This document shows positions 25,730-38,540 of a stretch of DNA of 64,000 nucleotides, one piece after another. Made by a program: the position numbers and the translations under genes. Positions within the stretch are counted from its first letter, which is position 1; each line of letters begins with the position of its first letter. Under the pieces are notes generated by a model. It worked only from the letters and a program-made list of their open reading frames with translations, was not told the DNA's origin and searched no databases. The DNA lies in contig NC_135759.1 of the NCBI RefSeq assembly GCF_052425735.1, positions 3,162,001 through 3,226,000 on the forward strand. Reading direction: 5' to 3'. The DNA comes from Oculina patagonica (Eukaryota).

Positions 25730-27015
25730 TTAAGCCTTACATGAAATTGCTACTATTTTATTTTTAACTGATCATCCACCGAAATATATTTTATTTGCAA
25801 TTACACGAAATAAATTGATTGAAACATTGTACAGTAGTAATAATGTTAACATATTCAGTAATTGCTGACAGACTAAACTTATGTTCTTCCAAGAGATTTT
25901 AAAAACTTCTTGACACACTGAAGCTTCGGGAAAGCGAAATTGTGAAGCTATTTCTCTAAAGAAAAACAGTTTTAAGTACCTTTATGTTGATGTTAAATTG
26001 GTACAAAAAATAAAATAGCACTGTTTCTCGTGATATTGTATATCAAAGAATTTATTTAAAAGCACGTGCTGTATTACTTGCCGAACCAGGTTATAATTAG
26101 TCTATGACTCAGTGAAAATAATTTTTTATAACGCAATTTGGTTTTAACCGTTTACATTTAAAGTGATGTTTTTGTTTGAGTTTAGAAAAAAAAAGAAACA
26201 TTATTTTACCCGAACTTTGAGAAATGCCATCAAAGATTCGTTAAACGAGTTAACGTTACGACAGCAACACAGGCGCGAGAATGGAGCGCCTTACTTAAAC
26301 AAAGAAATAAAAACTGTTTTAATCAATAATTTGCTTCTTCTCACTAAAAGTCAATATTAGCCTTTTAGCGAAGAGTTATCTTTCGGATCACGCACCTGGG
26401 AAGAAATTTAAACACGAATGTAAATAATTGGTCTATCTGTGAAACGCTTTTTTTCGTTGTTTCTACGTTTAAAAGGTAGTTTTGCAAGGTTTTGTTAACC
26501 TTTTCTTCGGCTTACAGAAACCGTTTTTATCAACATGTTTTGCATACGAATAAAAGGTGTCGATTGTCTTTTGTTTGAGGAGTCAATAGCTAAGTTCTGT
26601 CTCAAAAGGAAAGAACTACTTTGGGCATACAAATAAAATAAGTGGACCATTGGCATTTTCGCTATGTTTGAATTCCTTAACTTGAATTTTGCGTACTGAG
26701 TTTTCAGCTACACTACTTGCGCTTTGCATGATAAATCCATCATTTTCTGCCTATTTTCAAGAATTAACCACGCGAGCTGTCCGATATTAAAATAATTGAA
26801 ACTGAAATCCAGTCATCTTTGCCGATAAACGCTAGATTGGCAGATTGACAAACAGGTGGTATTCAAATGACATTTGTCATAAAATACTAACAATAATTAT
26901 GATGTAAGTCACCTTGAAAGCATCGTTATACCTCATCTTTCAACTCAGAAGTGCCAGCTTGCGAGATAATCAACTGCGCTTTTTGTACGAAGCAGAAAAA
27001 CACAGTAGCACAAAC

Positions 27016-29818
27016 ATGCAACCGGATTACACGTCTTCAAGCCACTGGCCTGGTCTGTCACAGAACTGGCTTTACCCACCGATAACTTCTTCTCCTTATT
27101 TCAGCATGCCGCCCGGACTACATCCTGGCTCAATGAAAAACACCAGTCGTTTTTCAGAGCAGATGTTTCGAGATCCCCCAGGAGACAAGCCTGCGCCTCT
27201 TTCGCCTCATCTAAACCCCGGTCTATCTCCAACTTATCCACCGTCCAGCTATCCTTTTCCCACCCGTGGAAACAGTTATTACCCTGCTCGGAACCCACCG
27301 CGTCGAGATGTCTTACAAACAGATCCTTATCGATTGGCAGAACGCGGCGAGGTGAACCCTTGCTTCAACCAGATGTTAGAACGAAACGTGGAACTGAGCA
27401 GTGAAAGTAAGCAAAATTGTTCTATTTTTCTTATTGAACAAAACGTTTATTGATATAACATACGGTTTCTAATAGTTTGTGTATAAAACCATTATCATTC
27501 CAACATTTTGTCCATAAAACCCATTATACCAGGCGAGGCGAGCAAATGGGCTAATTTTCATTAGGACACGTTTCCTAAAATGTCTTATTATGAGATCACA
27601 AAGAGACCCGACATGAAATTTTTCCCAGCCGATTACAAAGACCCACCGGTCAGTCTGAACACTATTTGTTGGAAATGCTCGTGCGTACTTGAGTAAAAGT
27701 GCTTTTCGTTTGATTTTCTGAAAAAAAATCCGTGATAAAGCTAAAATGAGCAAACAGTTTACATCTCGTCAATACAAAGAAAATTTAAATTCATTCATTT
27801 TTCTTTTGGATGAATAGGGTTGTTATGGAATCAAATCGTCCCAATTTATTAGCTAAGTACAAAAAGACGAATACACCACACACGTCTTTTTAAACGTCTC
27901 TTTTGCGTACCAAGTTTGAATATTGTTTTATTACATAGAATAAGATGTGGGAAGCATTGTATTTTTGGGGTGTTTCTCTCGGAGTCTTGCATCATGCCTT
28001 AAAACATTTCAAAATGATTTAACAAAATAAAACGGTCGTAAAGACAATGGCGCCCCGCCGATGGCAGAAAATAGAACGCGACGGCGGTTTCTTTGCCAAA
28101 AGATGCATACATACGCTTCCCGTTACTAGTGAAAAAATGATTTTATCTGTTTAACGGTGTATTTGTTTAATACTTTTTAAGAAATATCAAAGTCAACTTC
28201 TTTCGTGCAAATTGGTTGGATTTTTCTTACGTTTCGTCCTACGTATCATGATACTTGATCTTAGAAACCAAAACAATTTAAACGCATCAAGATAATTGCC
28301 ACGGCGTATCCTAGCTTTGCTACTGAAGGTACTCCTTGCTGCTAAATTTGTCCTAAATTCGTCGTTCCCTCATAAACTTGTAGAAATGAAAATACGTTAC
28401 TTTAAAGTCACTTCGTTGATACTGTAAACTTTTCTTCAGAGAAGGGGACATCACTTTTTAGATCTATTTTTTTATCAATTTCAATTTATCAGTATATTTA
28501 TTTTTATCAGATAACTTTTAAACGTTTTTGCTTAAATTTTGGGTGAAACAAAATTCATTGTTACGTATAGATAGAACCAATTTAACGCCCAACTGTCAAT
28601 TTATTTATTGCCTAACACTGATTGGACAACTTGCACTTTATTGATTGATGATTGACAGTTTACAAATGTCCTCAACATACATTTTCATCTACAGAAAGGT
28701 TTTTTATTTGAATACGCTCGGAATTTTATTTTCAGAACTAGAACATCGAAGCCTTTTTTCTGAATTGTACAATTCTATCTAGAGCTATCATTAAGCTACT
28801 GTTATTGTTCTGTCCAATTAATTTTTCAGTAGTAAATTAATTCATTTTGTCATTTTCCATTGTTCTGCAATCGGCCATGCCGGAAAATTCACTGTCTATT
28901 TATTTGAATGGGTGTTCTCATAGGCTTTTGCATTTTACAAAACATATCGCATCGCAAAGTTTAACTTCTGGCAATCAAAACAATTTCTGCAATGAAATAC
29001 CATTTAGAGGAGTTGTACTTTATCTACAGCTATTAAACCACAATGAAAACTTACTAAGTGCAACTTCAACCCAAAACGCTGCTGAAATATACAGCGACAT
29101 TTCTTAATTATTTATGTAATCGTGTTGGAACGCAAAACTTAGGAACGTTTTAAGGAACCTGTTTCACTTCCAAAACTCAAGAGCCTAAAGACATATGGAA
29201 ACTAAGAATAGTGGTCCGACCATTTTTTTAAAAAATCACCATGCAAGTGTACTGAAGCAATAAACAAGTGATATTATTCTGATGCCATCAGGAACTTTAG
29301 ATCTTAACTTGAAATAGTCAGGCTCATTTATTCAAGTTTTGTCCTAGTGGACTGGAAAAACACCTTAAAATTATTATGGCTCCCTTATTCCTTCAACAAC
29401 AATTAACTTTATATCTCCATCTTAATGTACAAGGAGTACAGTATTTCATGTACGAGAGGACCTATTCGCCAATGTTAGTACTTTTACAGAAAAATATTAA
29501 AATCCCTGTGACAGTGTCTCTTTAATTTAACAAGGATTCTTTTTCGTTTCAGACCCTTCACGTTTGGAAGCCGTCAAAACCCCTCGTACAATGGATGACA
29601 AAGCTATTGTTAGACCCCAACGAGGCCGAGCCGTATTTTCTGCCCATCAACTGAACGAGCTGGAAAACGCTTTTGTCATTGATCAATACATCTCTGGACA
29701 ACAAAGAAGACGCCTTTCCTCTCAGCTTGGCTTGACCGAGACTCAAGTACGCGTCTGGTTTCAGAATCGCAGGATAAAGTGGAGGAAGAATAAGATGGAA
29801 CGAAAGATGAGGCCATAG
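27016..29818 (+). CDS. ANTP-class (NKL) Not-like homeobox protein, family 1 copy A; exons 27016-27406 and 29553-29818 (218 aa)
   Basis: Phase-1 intron (gaa a|gtaagc ... tttcag|ac). Pro/Ser-rich N-terminus; homeodomain PQRGRAVFSAHQLNELENAFVIDQYISGQQRRRLSSQLGLTETQVRVWFQNRRIKWRKNK with R5, F8, L16, F20, W48, Q50, N51. The NRRIKWRK ending is Not/Noto-like; family assignment needs a phylogeny. Confidence 0.9.
28580..28712. promoter_or_regulatory. Candidate intronic TALE/NF-Y enhancer (copy A)
   Basis: CTGTCA (28593), ATTGG (28621), TGATTGAT (28642-28649) overlapping TGATTGACAG (28649-28658); block nearly identical in copy B (~33186-33317). Confidence 0.4.
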
Positions 29819-31625
29819 CTGAAGTCTGAGTGGATGTTACTAGCTGAATGGATGTTTGGCAAACTATTTTTCTGCAGATGGAGTAATATATAATCAATGT
29901 ATAAGTACGTTTAATAAGTTTTACAATCAGAAAAGAACACAGACAATCCTTTGTGCTAATAAAAACTTGAAGGATATACATGTAACTGGCACGAAGCGCG
30001 GGAAAACGTGTATGAGCGAGTCACGATTGGTTTTAGTTATTCCTTCTGATTGGTTGAGAAAGTGTCACGAGTTTTTTTAAGCCAATCACTAAGGGAAGTA
30101 ATCCAAAATCAAAGCAAACGCAAATTTCTTTCGACACTCAAGTGAAAACCGCTCAAACACGGCGTACCAAAACTAGATCCAGAATACACTGTTGCCGTTT
30201 ACTATAATTGGAGTAGCCAGAACTGCGTGCCTGTTAGTGATGCCGAAGAATTAACGTCTGAACAGCAGCTAGAAGATCGCGAGAATTAGATACGTTCAAC
30301 ACAGAATGAATGGCACGTTTAATGCCTTTCTGAGATAACTCGTCGAGTTTAAGCTTCATGAAATTGCTATTATTTTATTTTAACTGCTCAAAGACAAAAA
30401 TTAAATCGAGTTTATTTGCAATTTTACGAATTGATTGATAGTAATAATGTTAAATGTTAAGTATTATTTGTCCGAATATAGTTGTTTTCTTCACAGAGGT
30501 TTTAAAAACTTCTTGACACACTAAAGCTTCGGGAAAAGCGAATTTCTGAAGCTATTTTTCTAAAGAAAAACAATTTTTGTTAAATTGATACAAAAATAAA
30601 ATAGCACTGCACTGTTTATACTTTTTTATTGTAAATCAAGATACCTATTTAAAAACACGTGCTTTATTACTTGCCGAACCGGGTTAAAATTAGTCTATGA
30701 CTCAGTGAAAATAATTTTCTTATAACGCAATTTGGTATTAACCGTTTTCATTTGAAGTGATGTTTTTGTTTGACTTTATAAAGAAAGCAAAATCACTTTA
30801 TCCGAACTGTAAGAAATGCCCGCGACGTTTCGTCGATCGCGTTAACGTTACGACAGCAACATAGGCGCGAGAATGGAGCGCCTTATAAACAAAGAAATAA
30901 AAACCGTTTTATAAATTAATAATTTGTTTCTTCTCACTTAACGTCAATATTAGCCTTTTAGCGAAGAGTTATGGTTCGGATCACGCACCTGGGACACATT
31001 TTAACACGAATACAAGAATTAAACTTGTTTATCTGTGAAACTCTTTTTTCGATGTTTCTATGTTGATAGCTAGGGTAGTTTTGCGAGGTTTTCTTAACCT
31101 TTTCTTCGGCTTGCAGAAACCGTTTTTATCAACATGTTTTGCATACGAATAATAGGTGTCGATTGTCCTTTGTTTGAGGAGTGAATAGCTAAGTTCTGTC
31201 TCAAAAGAAAGGAACTACTCTGGGCATACAAATAAAAAATAAGTGGACAATTGACATTTTCGCTATGTTTGAATTCCTTAACTTTAATTTTGCTTACTGA
31301 GTTTTCAGCTACACTACTTGCGCTTTGCATGATAAATCCACCATTTTTTGCCTATTCTCAAAAATTTACCACGCGAGCTGTCCGATATTAAAATAATTGA
31401 GATTGAAATCCAGTCATCTTTGATAAACGCTTGATTGGCAGATTTATTTGATTGGCAGATTGACAAGCAGGTGGTATTCAAATGACATTTGTCATAAAAT
31501 ACTAACAATAATTATGATGTAAGTCACCTTGAAAAGCATCGTTATGCCTCATCTTTCAACTCAGAAGTGCCAGCTTGCGAGATAATCAACTGCGCTTTCT
31601 GTACGAAGCGGAACATAGCAAAGCC

Positions 31626-34600
31626 ATGCAACCGGATTACACGTCTTCAAGCCACTGGCCTGCTCTGTCTCAGAACTGGCTTTACCCACCGATGACTTCT
31701 TCTCCTTATTTCAGCATGCCGCCGGGACTACATCCTGGCTCAATGAAAAACACCAGTCGTTTTTCCGAGCAGATGTTTCGAGATCCCCCAGGAGACAAGC
31801 CTGCGCCTCTTACGCCTCATCTAAACCCGCGCGGTCTATCTCCAACTTATCCACCGTCCAGCTATCCTTTTCCCACCCGCGGAAACAGTTATTACCCTGC
31901 TCGGAGCCCACCACGTCGAGATGTCTTACAAACAGATCCTTATCGATTGACAGAACGCGGTGAGGTGAACCCTTGCTTCAACCAGATGTTAGAACGAAAC
32001 GTGAAGCAGGGCGGTGAAAGTAAGCACAATTGTTCTATTTTTTCAAATTGAACGAAATGTTTATTGATATAACATACGGTTTCTAATAGTTTGTGTATAA
32101 AACCATTATCATTTCAATATTTTGTCCATAAAACCCATTGTACCAGGCGAGGCGAGCAAATGGGCTAATTTTCATTAGGACACGTTTCCTAAAATGTTTA
32201 TTATGAGAACGCAAAGAGACCCGACATAAAAATTTCTCCCAGCCGATTACAAAGACCCACCGGTCAGTCTGAACACTATTTGTTAAAAATGCTCGTGCGC
32301 ACTTGAGTAAAAGTGCTTTTCGTTTGATTTTCTGAAAAAATAAAAATCCGTGTTAAAGCTAAAATGAGCAAACAGTTTACGTCTCGTCAATACAAAGATA
32401 ATTTAAATTCGTTCATTTTTCTTTTGGATGAATAGGGTTGTTATGGAATCAAATCGTCCCAATTTATTAGCTAAGTACAAAAAGACGAATACACCTCAGA
32501 CGTCTTTTTAAACGTCCCTCTTGCGTACCAAGTTTGAATATTGTTTTATTACATAGAATAAGATTGAATTTTTGGTTGTTTTTCTCGGAGTCTTGCATTA
32601 TGCCTTTAAACATTTCAAAATGATTTGACAATATAAAACGGTCGAAAAGACAATGGCGCCCCGCAATGGCAGAAAATAGAACGCGACGGCGGTTTCTTTG
32701 CCAAATGATGCATACTTATGCATCCCGTTACTTGTAGAAATGAGATTATCTGTTCAACGGTGTGTTTGTTTAATTCTTTTTAAGAAGTATCAAAGTTAAC
32801 TTCTTCCGTGCAAATTGGTTGGATTTTTCCAACGTATCATGATACTTGATCTTAGAAACCAAAACAATTTAAACACATCAAGATAATTGCCACGGCGTAT
32901 CCTAGCTTTGCTACTGAAGGTACTCCTTGCTGCTACATTTGTCCTAAATTCGCCGTTCCCCCATAAACTTGTAGAAATGAAAATACGTTTATAGTAAAAA
33001 AGGTACTTAAAGTCACTTCGTCGATATTGAAAACTTTTCTTCAAAGAAGGGAACGTCACTTTATAGATCTATTTTTATCAATTTCAATTGATCAGTATAA
33101 ATATTTTTATCAGACAACTTTTAAACATTTTTTGCTTTATTTTTTGGTGAAACAAAATTCATTGTTAGGTATAGATAGATCCAACTTAACGCCCAACTGT
33201 CAATTTATTTATTGCCTAACACTGATTGGACAACCTTCACTTTATTGATTGATGATTGACAGTTTACAAATGTCCTCAACATACATTTTCATCTACAGAA
33301 AGGTTTTTTATTTGAATGCGCGGGGAATTTTATTTTCACAATTAGAACATCGAAGCCTTTTTTTCTGAATTGTACAATTTTGTCTATTCTACTGTTATTG
33401 TTCTGTCCAATTAATTTTTAAGTAATAAATAAATTCATTTTGTCATTTTCCATTGTTCCGCAATCGGTCATGCCGGAAAATTCACTGTCTATTTATTTGA
33501 ATGGGTGTTCTCGTAGGCTTTTGCATTTTTTATTTCCTTCGTCTTATTCCATGGCTAAATTGAAAAATATCGCATCACAAAGTTCTTTCTTCTGGCAATT
33601 CAAACATTTCTGCAATAAAAAACCTCTAGCGGAGTTGTACTTCATACGCAGCTATATACCTGATCACGGTTTTCGACGCCATTTTGACGAGTAGGCAAAG
33701 CGGGTGGAAATTACAGTGTTTGTATGGAAATCCGACCGCAAATATCTTGTACAAAAATCGAATTTGGACAACTTATGAATTGCAAAGTTAAGATACTAGG
33801 CAAAAGTTTTTATTTGCAGAGTTTGAAGGATGTAGCGGGGCTAGAAAGCATTCAGCTACGTTTTTAATTTCCCATACATTTGTCTATAATTTTTTCCCGC
33901 GACCCGCGTCAACTCACCAAACTGGAACGTAAAACTGCAGAGAAAATACAGACAAATGTATGGGAAATTAAAAGCGAAGCTAAACGATTTCTAGCCGAGC
34001 TACATCCTTCCAACTCGGCGAATAAAAACTTTTGCCTAGTATGTTAACTTTACAATTCATAAGTTGTCCAGAATTCAATTTTTGTAGAAGATATTTGCCG
34101 TCGGATTCCCATACAAATACTTAATTTCTACCCGCTTTGCCTACTCGTCAAAATGGCGTCGAAAACCGTGAAAACCGTGAGTGAAATATGCAGCGACATT
34201 TCTTCGTTTTTTATGTCGACCTATTTGATCGCAAAACTTTTAAACGTTTAAAGGATCGGAACACTGTCACCAGTTTCACTTCAAAAACTCAAGAGCCTAA
34301 TATACAGACATATGGAAACTACGAATAGTGGTCCAATTTTGTTAAAAATCACCATCCAAGTGAACTGAAGTAGCTTGAAGTGATAAACAAGAGATGTTAT
34401 TGCGATGCCATCAGGAGCTTTAGATCTCAACTTGAAAAAGTCAGGCTGATTTATTCAATTTTTGTCCTTGTGGACTGGAAAAACACCTAAAATTTATTAT
34501 GGCTCCCTTCTTCCTTTAACCACAATTTTCTTCATATCTCCATCTTAATGTACTAGGCGCATTTCGTGTACGAGAGGACCTACTTGCCAATCTCAGTACA

Positions 34601-34933
34601 AATACCGAAAAATATTAAAATCCCCGTGACATTGTCCCTTAAATTTAACAAGGATTCCTCTTCGTTTCAGACCCTTCACGTTTGGAAGTCAACAGCGCTC
34701 GTACAATGGATGACAAAGCTATTGTTAGACCCCAACGAGGCCGAACCGTTTTTTCTGCCTATCAACTGAACGAGCTGGAAAACGTTTTTGTCATTGATCA
34801 ATACATCTCTGGACAACAAAGAAGACGCCTTTCCGCTCAGCTTGGCTTGACTGAGACTCAAGTGCGCGTCTGGTTTCAGAATCGCAGAATTAAGTGGAGG
34901 AAGAATAAGATGGAACAAAAGATGAGACCTTAG
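31626..34933 (+). CDS. ANTP-class Not-like homeobox protein, family 1 copy B; exons 31626-32019 and 34671-34933 (218 aa)
   Basis: Same phase-1 intron; homeodomain PQRGRTVFSAYQLNELENVFVIDQYISGQQRRRLSAQLGLTETQVRVWFQNRRIKWRKNK; intact frame. Confidence 0.9.
33664..34171. mobile_element. Fold-back MITE in the intron of homeobox copy B
   Basis: Long TIRs cacggttttcgacgccattttgacgagtaggcaaagcggg / cccgctttgcctactcgtcaaaatggcgtcgaaaaccgtg extending ~220 bp; absent from the copy A intron. Confidence 0.85.
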
Positions 34934-35016
34934 CTGAACTCCGTATGTTACTGAATGGATGTTTGGCAAACTAGTTTTCTGCAGATTGAGTAATATATCT
35001 ATGTATACAAACAATG

Positions 35017-35446
35017 TACCTTAAGGTTACTATTGTTAGTGGCTACTAATTTTAGCGATTTTAGCGAGTTCGGCGAAAATCGCTAAATTAAGTACTCGCT
35101 AAAAACTGCCTCGGTCAAATTTAATACTCGTTAAATTTAAGGCCGCCCTTCCCACTCCCAAAGGGAAACAAAATTAAACGTAGTCTACTTGAAAATAATT
35201 CTTTTAAAAATGGATGCCGGTATATTTGTTCATTCTGGCAATTCAAATGTTTGTTCAATTTCAAGTGAGTTTGTTCTTAACTGAACCATTTATTTCCATC
35301 TTAGCTATATGTTCATTAAAAACTGGTTGACACGATATCACTTCTTTAAGAAAAATTTCGAAAAATCGCGAATTAAATAGTCGCTAAATTTTGCTCAGAA
35401 AAAATTGCTAAAATTAGTAGCCACTAACAATAGTAACCTTAAGCTA
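35017..35446. mobile_element. TA-flanked MITE (Tc1/mariner-type target site)
   Basis: TIRs cttaaggttactattgttagtggctactaattttagc / gctaaaattagtagccactaacaatagtaaccttaag. Confidence 0.8.
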
Positions 35447-35526
35447 TAAGAGGTTTTATAAAGAGAAAGGAAGCTTTCTTGGAAATAAAAAACATCTTGG
35501 TTTCAGTCATAAGTTAAGCAATTAGG

Positions 35527-35581
<55 letters not shown>

Positions 35582-36660
35582 TAATAATAATAAATATAAT
35601 AATAATAATAGAAAAAGAAAAGAAAAGGTGAAGGTATATACATGGCTTTTCCATAGTGATTTAAATTAAGAATTTTTTTCGTTGTGTTGTAATGTGAGAG
35701 GATATATAAGGGAGAAGTTTTCTGTCTTGGGCTTACTCAGATAAAAAGACTGGCGAACAAAAAGTGGAGATTTAGGTCTTTGTAAAAGATTTGGCTTTAA
35801 TCCTAATACTAGATAGGGCAATAAATTGGCATGTAAGTACCTTACGTTTGATGCTAAAATAAGGTTTGTCAGTACATGAAAATATAAAGCTCTTTTCCAG
35901 TTGAAGGTGAAAGTTTTGCCGTTTGTCAGTCAAGGTAATGTTAGTAACTTGATGTTGTATGAAACACGGTTTGCCACGTAAAATTTCGTTTTGGTTTTGT
36001 AAGGTATGTTCCGGGATCGGGGGATAATATTGAGACCCTCATGATAACATTGAGAACGTTTTTTCTCTGAGACTAGAGGATAGTTTCATAGTTCGTGGAT
36101 CGCGATGAGTTGTTACTCTTACGGGCTAGGCGATGATTACAAATGTAGCCGCAACTATCATTAATGGCAGATGAATTCAGTGAACGAGATTTCCAAGAGT
36201 TCGTTTGTTGGTTCTCTGTATCTCCTTGCCATCCAGGATTAAGCTCGACATCACCACACAGAAGCAGAATTTGCCTAGTAGCTGTAGAGTAATAATAATA
36301 TTGAATATATTGAATAATAATAATGCAAGTATCACAGCTCGTTATCCAGCTTGTTCCAGACAACAGTTGCCTGGAATAATCGGCTGCTGGTGTTGCCGCA
36401 GAGTTCTTTCGTATGCAGATTTCAGTAAATTCATTTGATTTCCAAGCTGGCACTGAAGCAATCCAAAGAAAAGTGAAATTGGTCTCGCTATATCAAAGCA
36501 ATCATCTGATGTAGCCAATAAACCACTTGGAAAGGTGGAATCCGTCGTTATGATATGATTTAGCTACAATTCAGAGCAGGAAAAGTCGTTTACCAGCCGC
36601 AAACTCAGCAAAAGTGCGGAGACCAAGAAAAGTGTCTGGCCATCTTGATGACGTAACTGA
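35527..36660 (-). mobile_element. Short degenerate CR1/L2-type LINE remnant with a 2A-like motif and (TTA)n tail
   Basis: Minus-strand ORF 36073..36453 contains RQILLLCGDVELNPGW; caagatggc near the 5' end (~36640); (TAA)n tract at 35527-35610 is the probable tail. No RT seen. Confidence 0.55.
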
Positions 36661-37834
36661 CGTGTGTTAAAGAAGTTTAAAAAAGTTTAAAACAATAAAT
36701 TCCCGGGGGGGGGGGGGCACTCAAAAAAGTTTTATACGGGGAGGCTCCGCCCCAAGCTCTTGCCCCTTACCCTTTTATGTACCATTTTGACAGAAATTGT
36801 ACCTCTTTCGTATACCTTTTACTGAAAAAAGATACGCCTTTCGTATACCTAAAAGACATGGCATAGACTTAGAACAGGACGTTTTCTTGTCATTTTCATG
36901 TTGCGCTTTATAAATTAAAGTAATACAGCCATAAAGTGCTTCTGTTCGAAATATTTAAATTCAAGGCCCTTCTAAAAACCTAAATGACGGATTTACATAA
37001 CCTTTCATATACCTTAAGAGCACAGGTTACCTACGGTCAAACATATGTCGGTAAGAGTCCTTAAATGGATTTCGCTCATACTCTTACCATGGGTAGGTCT
37101 CAATATGAAATAAATCACAGTATACTTTGTTTGGCTAAATATCGATTTGTTTTCGAGAAAATCGATAATTCTAAAATCCAGCAAAATTGACGCTTTCGGA
37201 GCTCAAAATTGATGCCGAGTTTGTTAGCTTCGCGTCGTAAAATAAAGCACTCTGGAAGAAAAATACCTATTTAATATCGAAGAATAACATCAAATTAGTA
37301 TGTCGAAAGCAATTTCTGCTCTTGAAGTTCTTTTATCTACAAAATATAATTAAATTTATTCGACACACTTTTGATTTAATTCAAAATAGGTCAAACTTAT
37401 CGCTTTATTTAAGTATGAGCGAAGCGAAATAAATGACCGAAAATTTGGTATTAGACAGATAAATGATTGTTCTTTTCGATACTAAAAGGATTTCCTAGGG
37501 AAATGATTTAGTGCGATGCTTTCAGATCTCAAAGTTGCTTAAAATTCGTTAATTTAACCAACCGTGACATTGTTGATCTTATCAACATTATGTAAACAAT
37601 CCACGCAAAGGTTAATTTTCCCCATGTGAACTTCAACTGAGTAAAATAAAAACATAGACTTGCTTACCGTGGTGTTCGCTGATACATTGTAAATCCTGTT
37701 TTCCTCATTTACGACGAAACCTAAGCCCTCGGCGAAGCTGTTATCCAATTTTTTTGACGCGCCATTTGTAACTGATTTCCACGTCTTGAAGTTACAGTTC
37801 TTTTCCATGCATTCTTGAAAACAGTCCAGTCTTA

Positions 37835-38540
37835 TGTGAGGGTGCGTTCCTTACGCGCACGTGTGACCCTGGGGCCGAGTAGGCCCACGCATGCGCATGA
37901 AAAGTGAAAGAGCATGGCGTGTTGTTTTGTAAAATTCGTTCGTCAACTTCTGACCTTATTCATATCTAAATAGTGGTAAGTTCTGCCATCGTTTTGTAAT
38001 CTTTTAGTAATCTTTTAGTTAATCTTATTTTCTTCGTGTGGCTATAGTTTTTTAGAGATTTCTGGCCTTTTTTGGATCATTCTGTGCGTTTCGGTTCGTC
38101 AGTGACCGTGCAGTTGTGCCACAAACTAGTAGTCTTCATTTTATAGCACTCGCTTTTATCGCTTTCTTTCGTTTTATTATTTTCATTTCGCTTGTATTTC
38201 CTTTAGTTTATACATTTTGTATCTTTCTTTTAGTGTCCTTAAGGCGTCCAGCCGCCAGGGTGAGCTTATTTTGTTATTTTATCGCTCGATTTATTTAGGT
38301 TTACTCGAGTTCTATTTTGATTTAATTTGAATTTATGTTTAGTCTTCATGACTTCACAAGGCTTTGCCGTGTAACGTTTGTTTGTCTTAGTCTGTATCGG
38401 ATTCAGTTAGCCTCCATGTCTTCTGTTTCCTAGTCTAGCACAACATTTGTTTTGTAGCAAACCTTGTATTTATTTTCGATTTTATAATTTGTAATAGGTT
38501 CTGGTTGTATATTAAAAGAGGACAAAAACTCTGTGTCACA
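37835..38540 (+). mobile_element. Solo LTR (706 bp)
   Basis: TGTGA...TCACA termini, 4-bp TSD CTTA on both sides (37831-34, 38541-44), attaaa near the 3' end; the right arm retains the empty site (agtccagtcttaactgatc on the minus strand). Confidence 0.85.

Larger units (their letters stand above)
25326..30000 (+). repeat. Tandem duplication unit A (Not-like homeobox pair 1)
   Basis: aattagatacgttcaacaca at ~25329 recurs at ~30284; collinear through promoter, exons and intron with unit B (~30283-35000). Confidence 0.85.
30283..35000 (+). repeat. Tandem duplication unit B (Not-like homeobox pair 1)
   Basis: Collinear with unit A, with many substitutions and indels in non-coding DNA and independent MITE insertions. 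Confidence 0.85.

Noticed and set aside
26914-27015. TTG-initiated N-terminal extensions of the homeobox and GPCR ORFs in the track (26914, 31575, 29564, 34682, 12060)
   Set aside because: Artefacts of alternative-start ORF calling; ATG starts and splice acceptors explain the genes.
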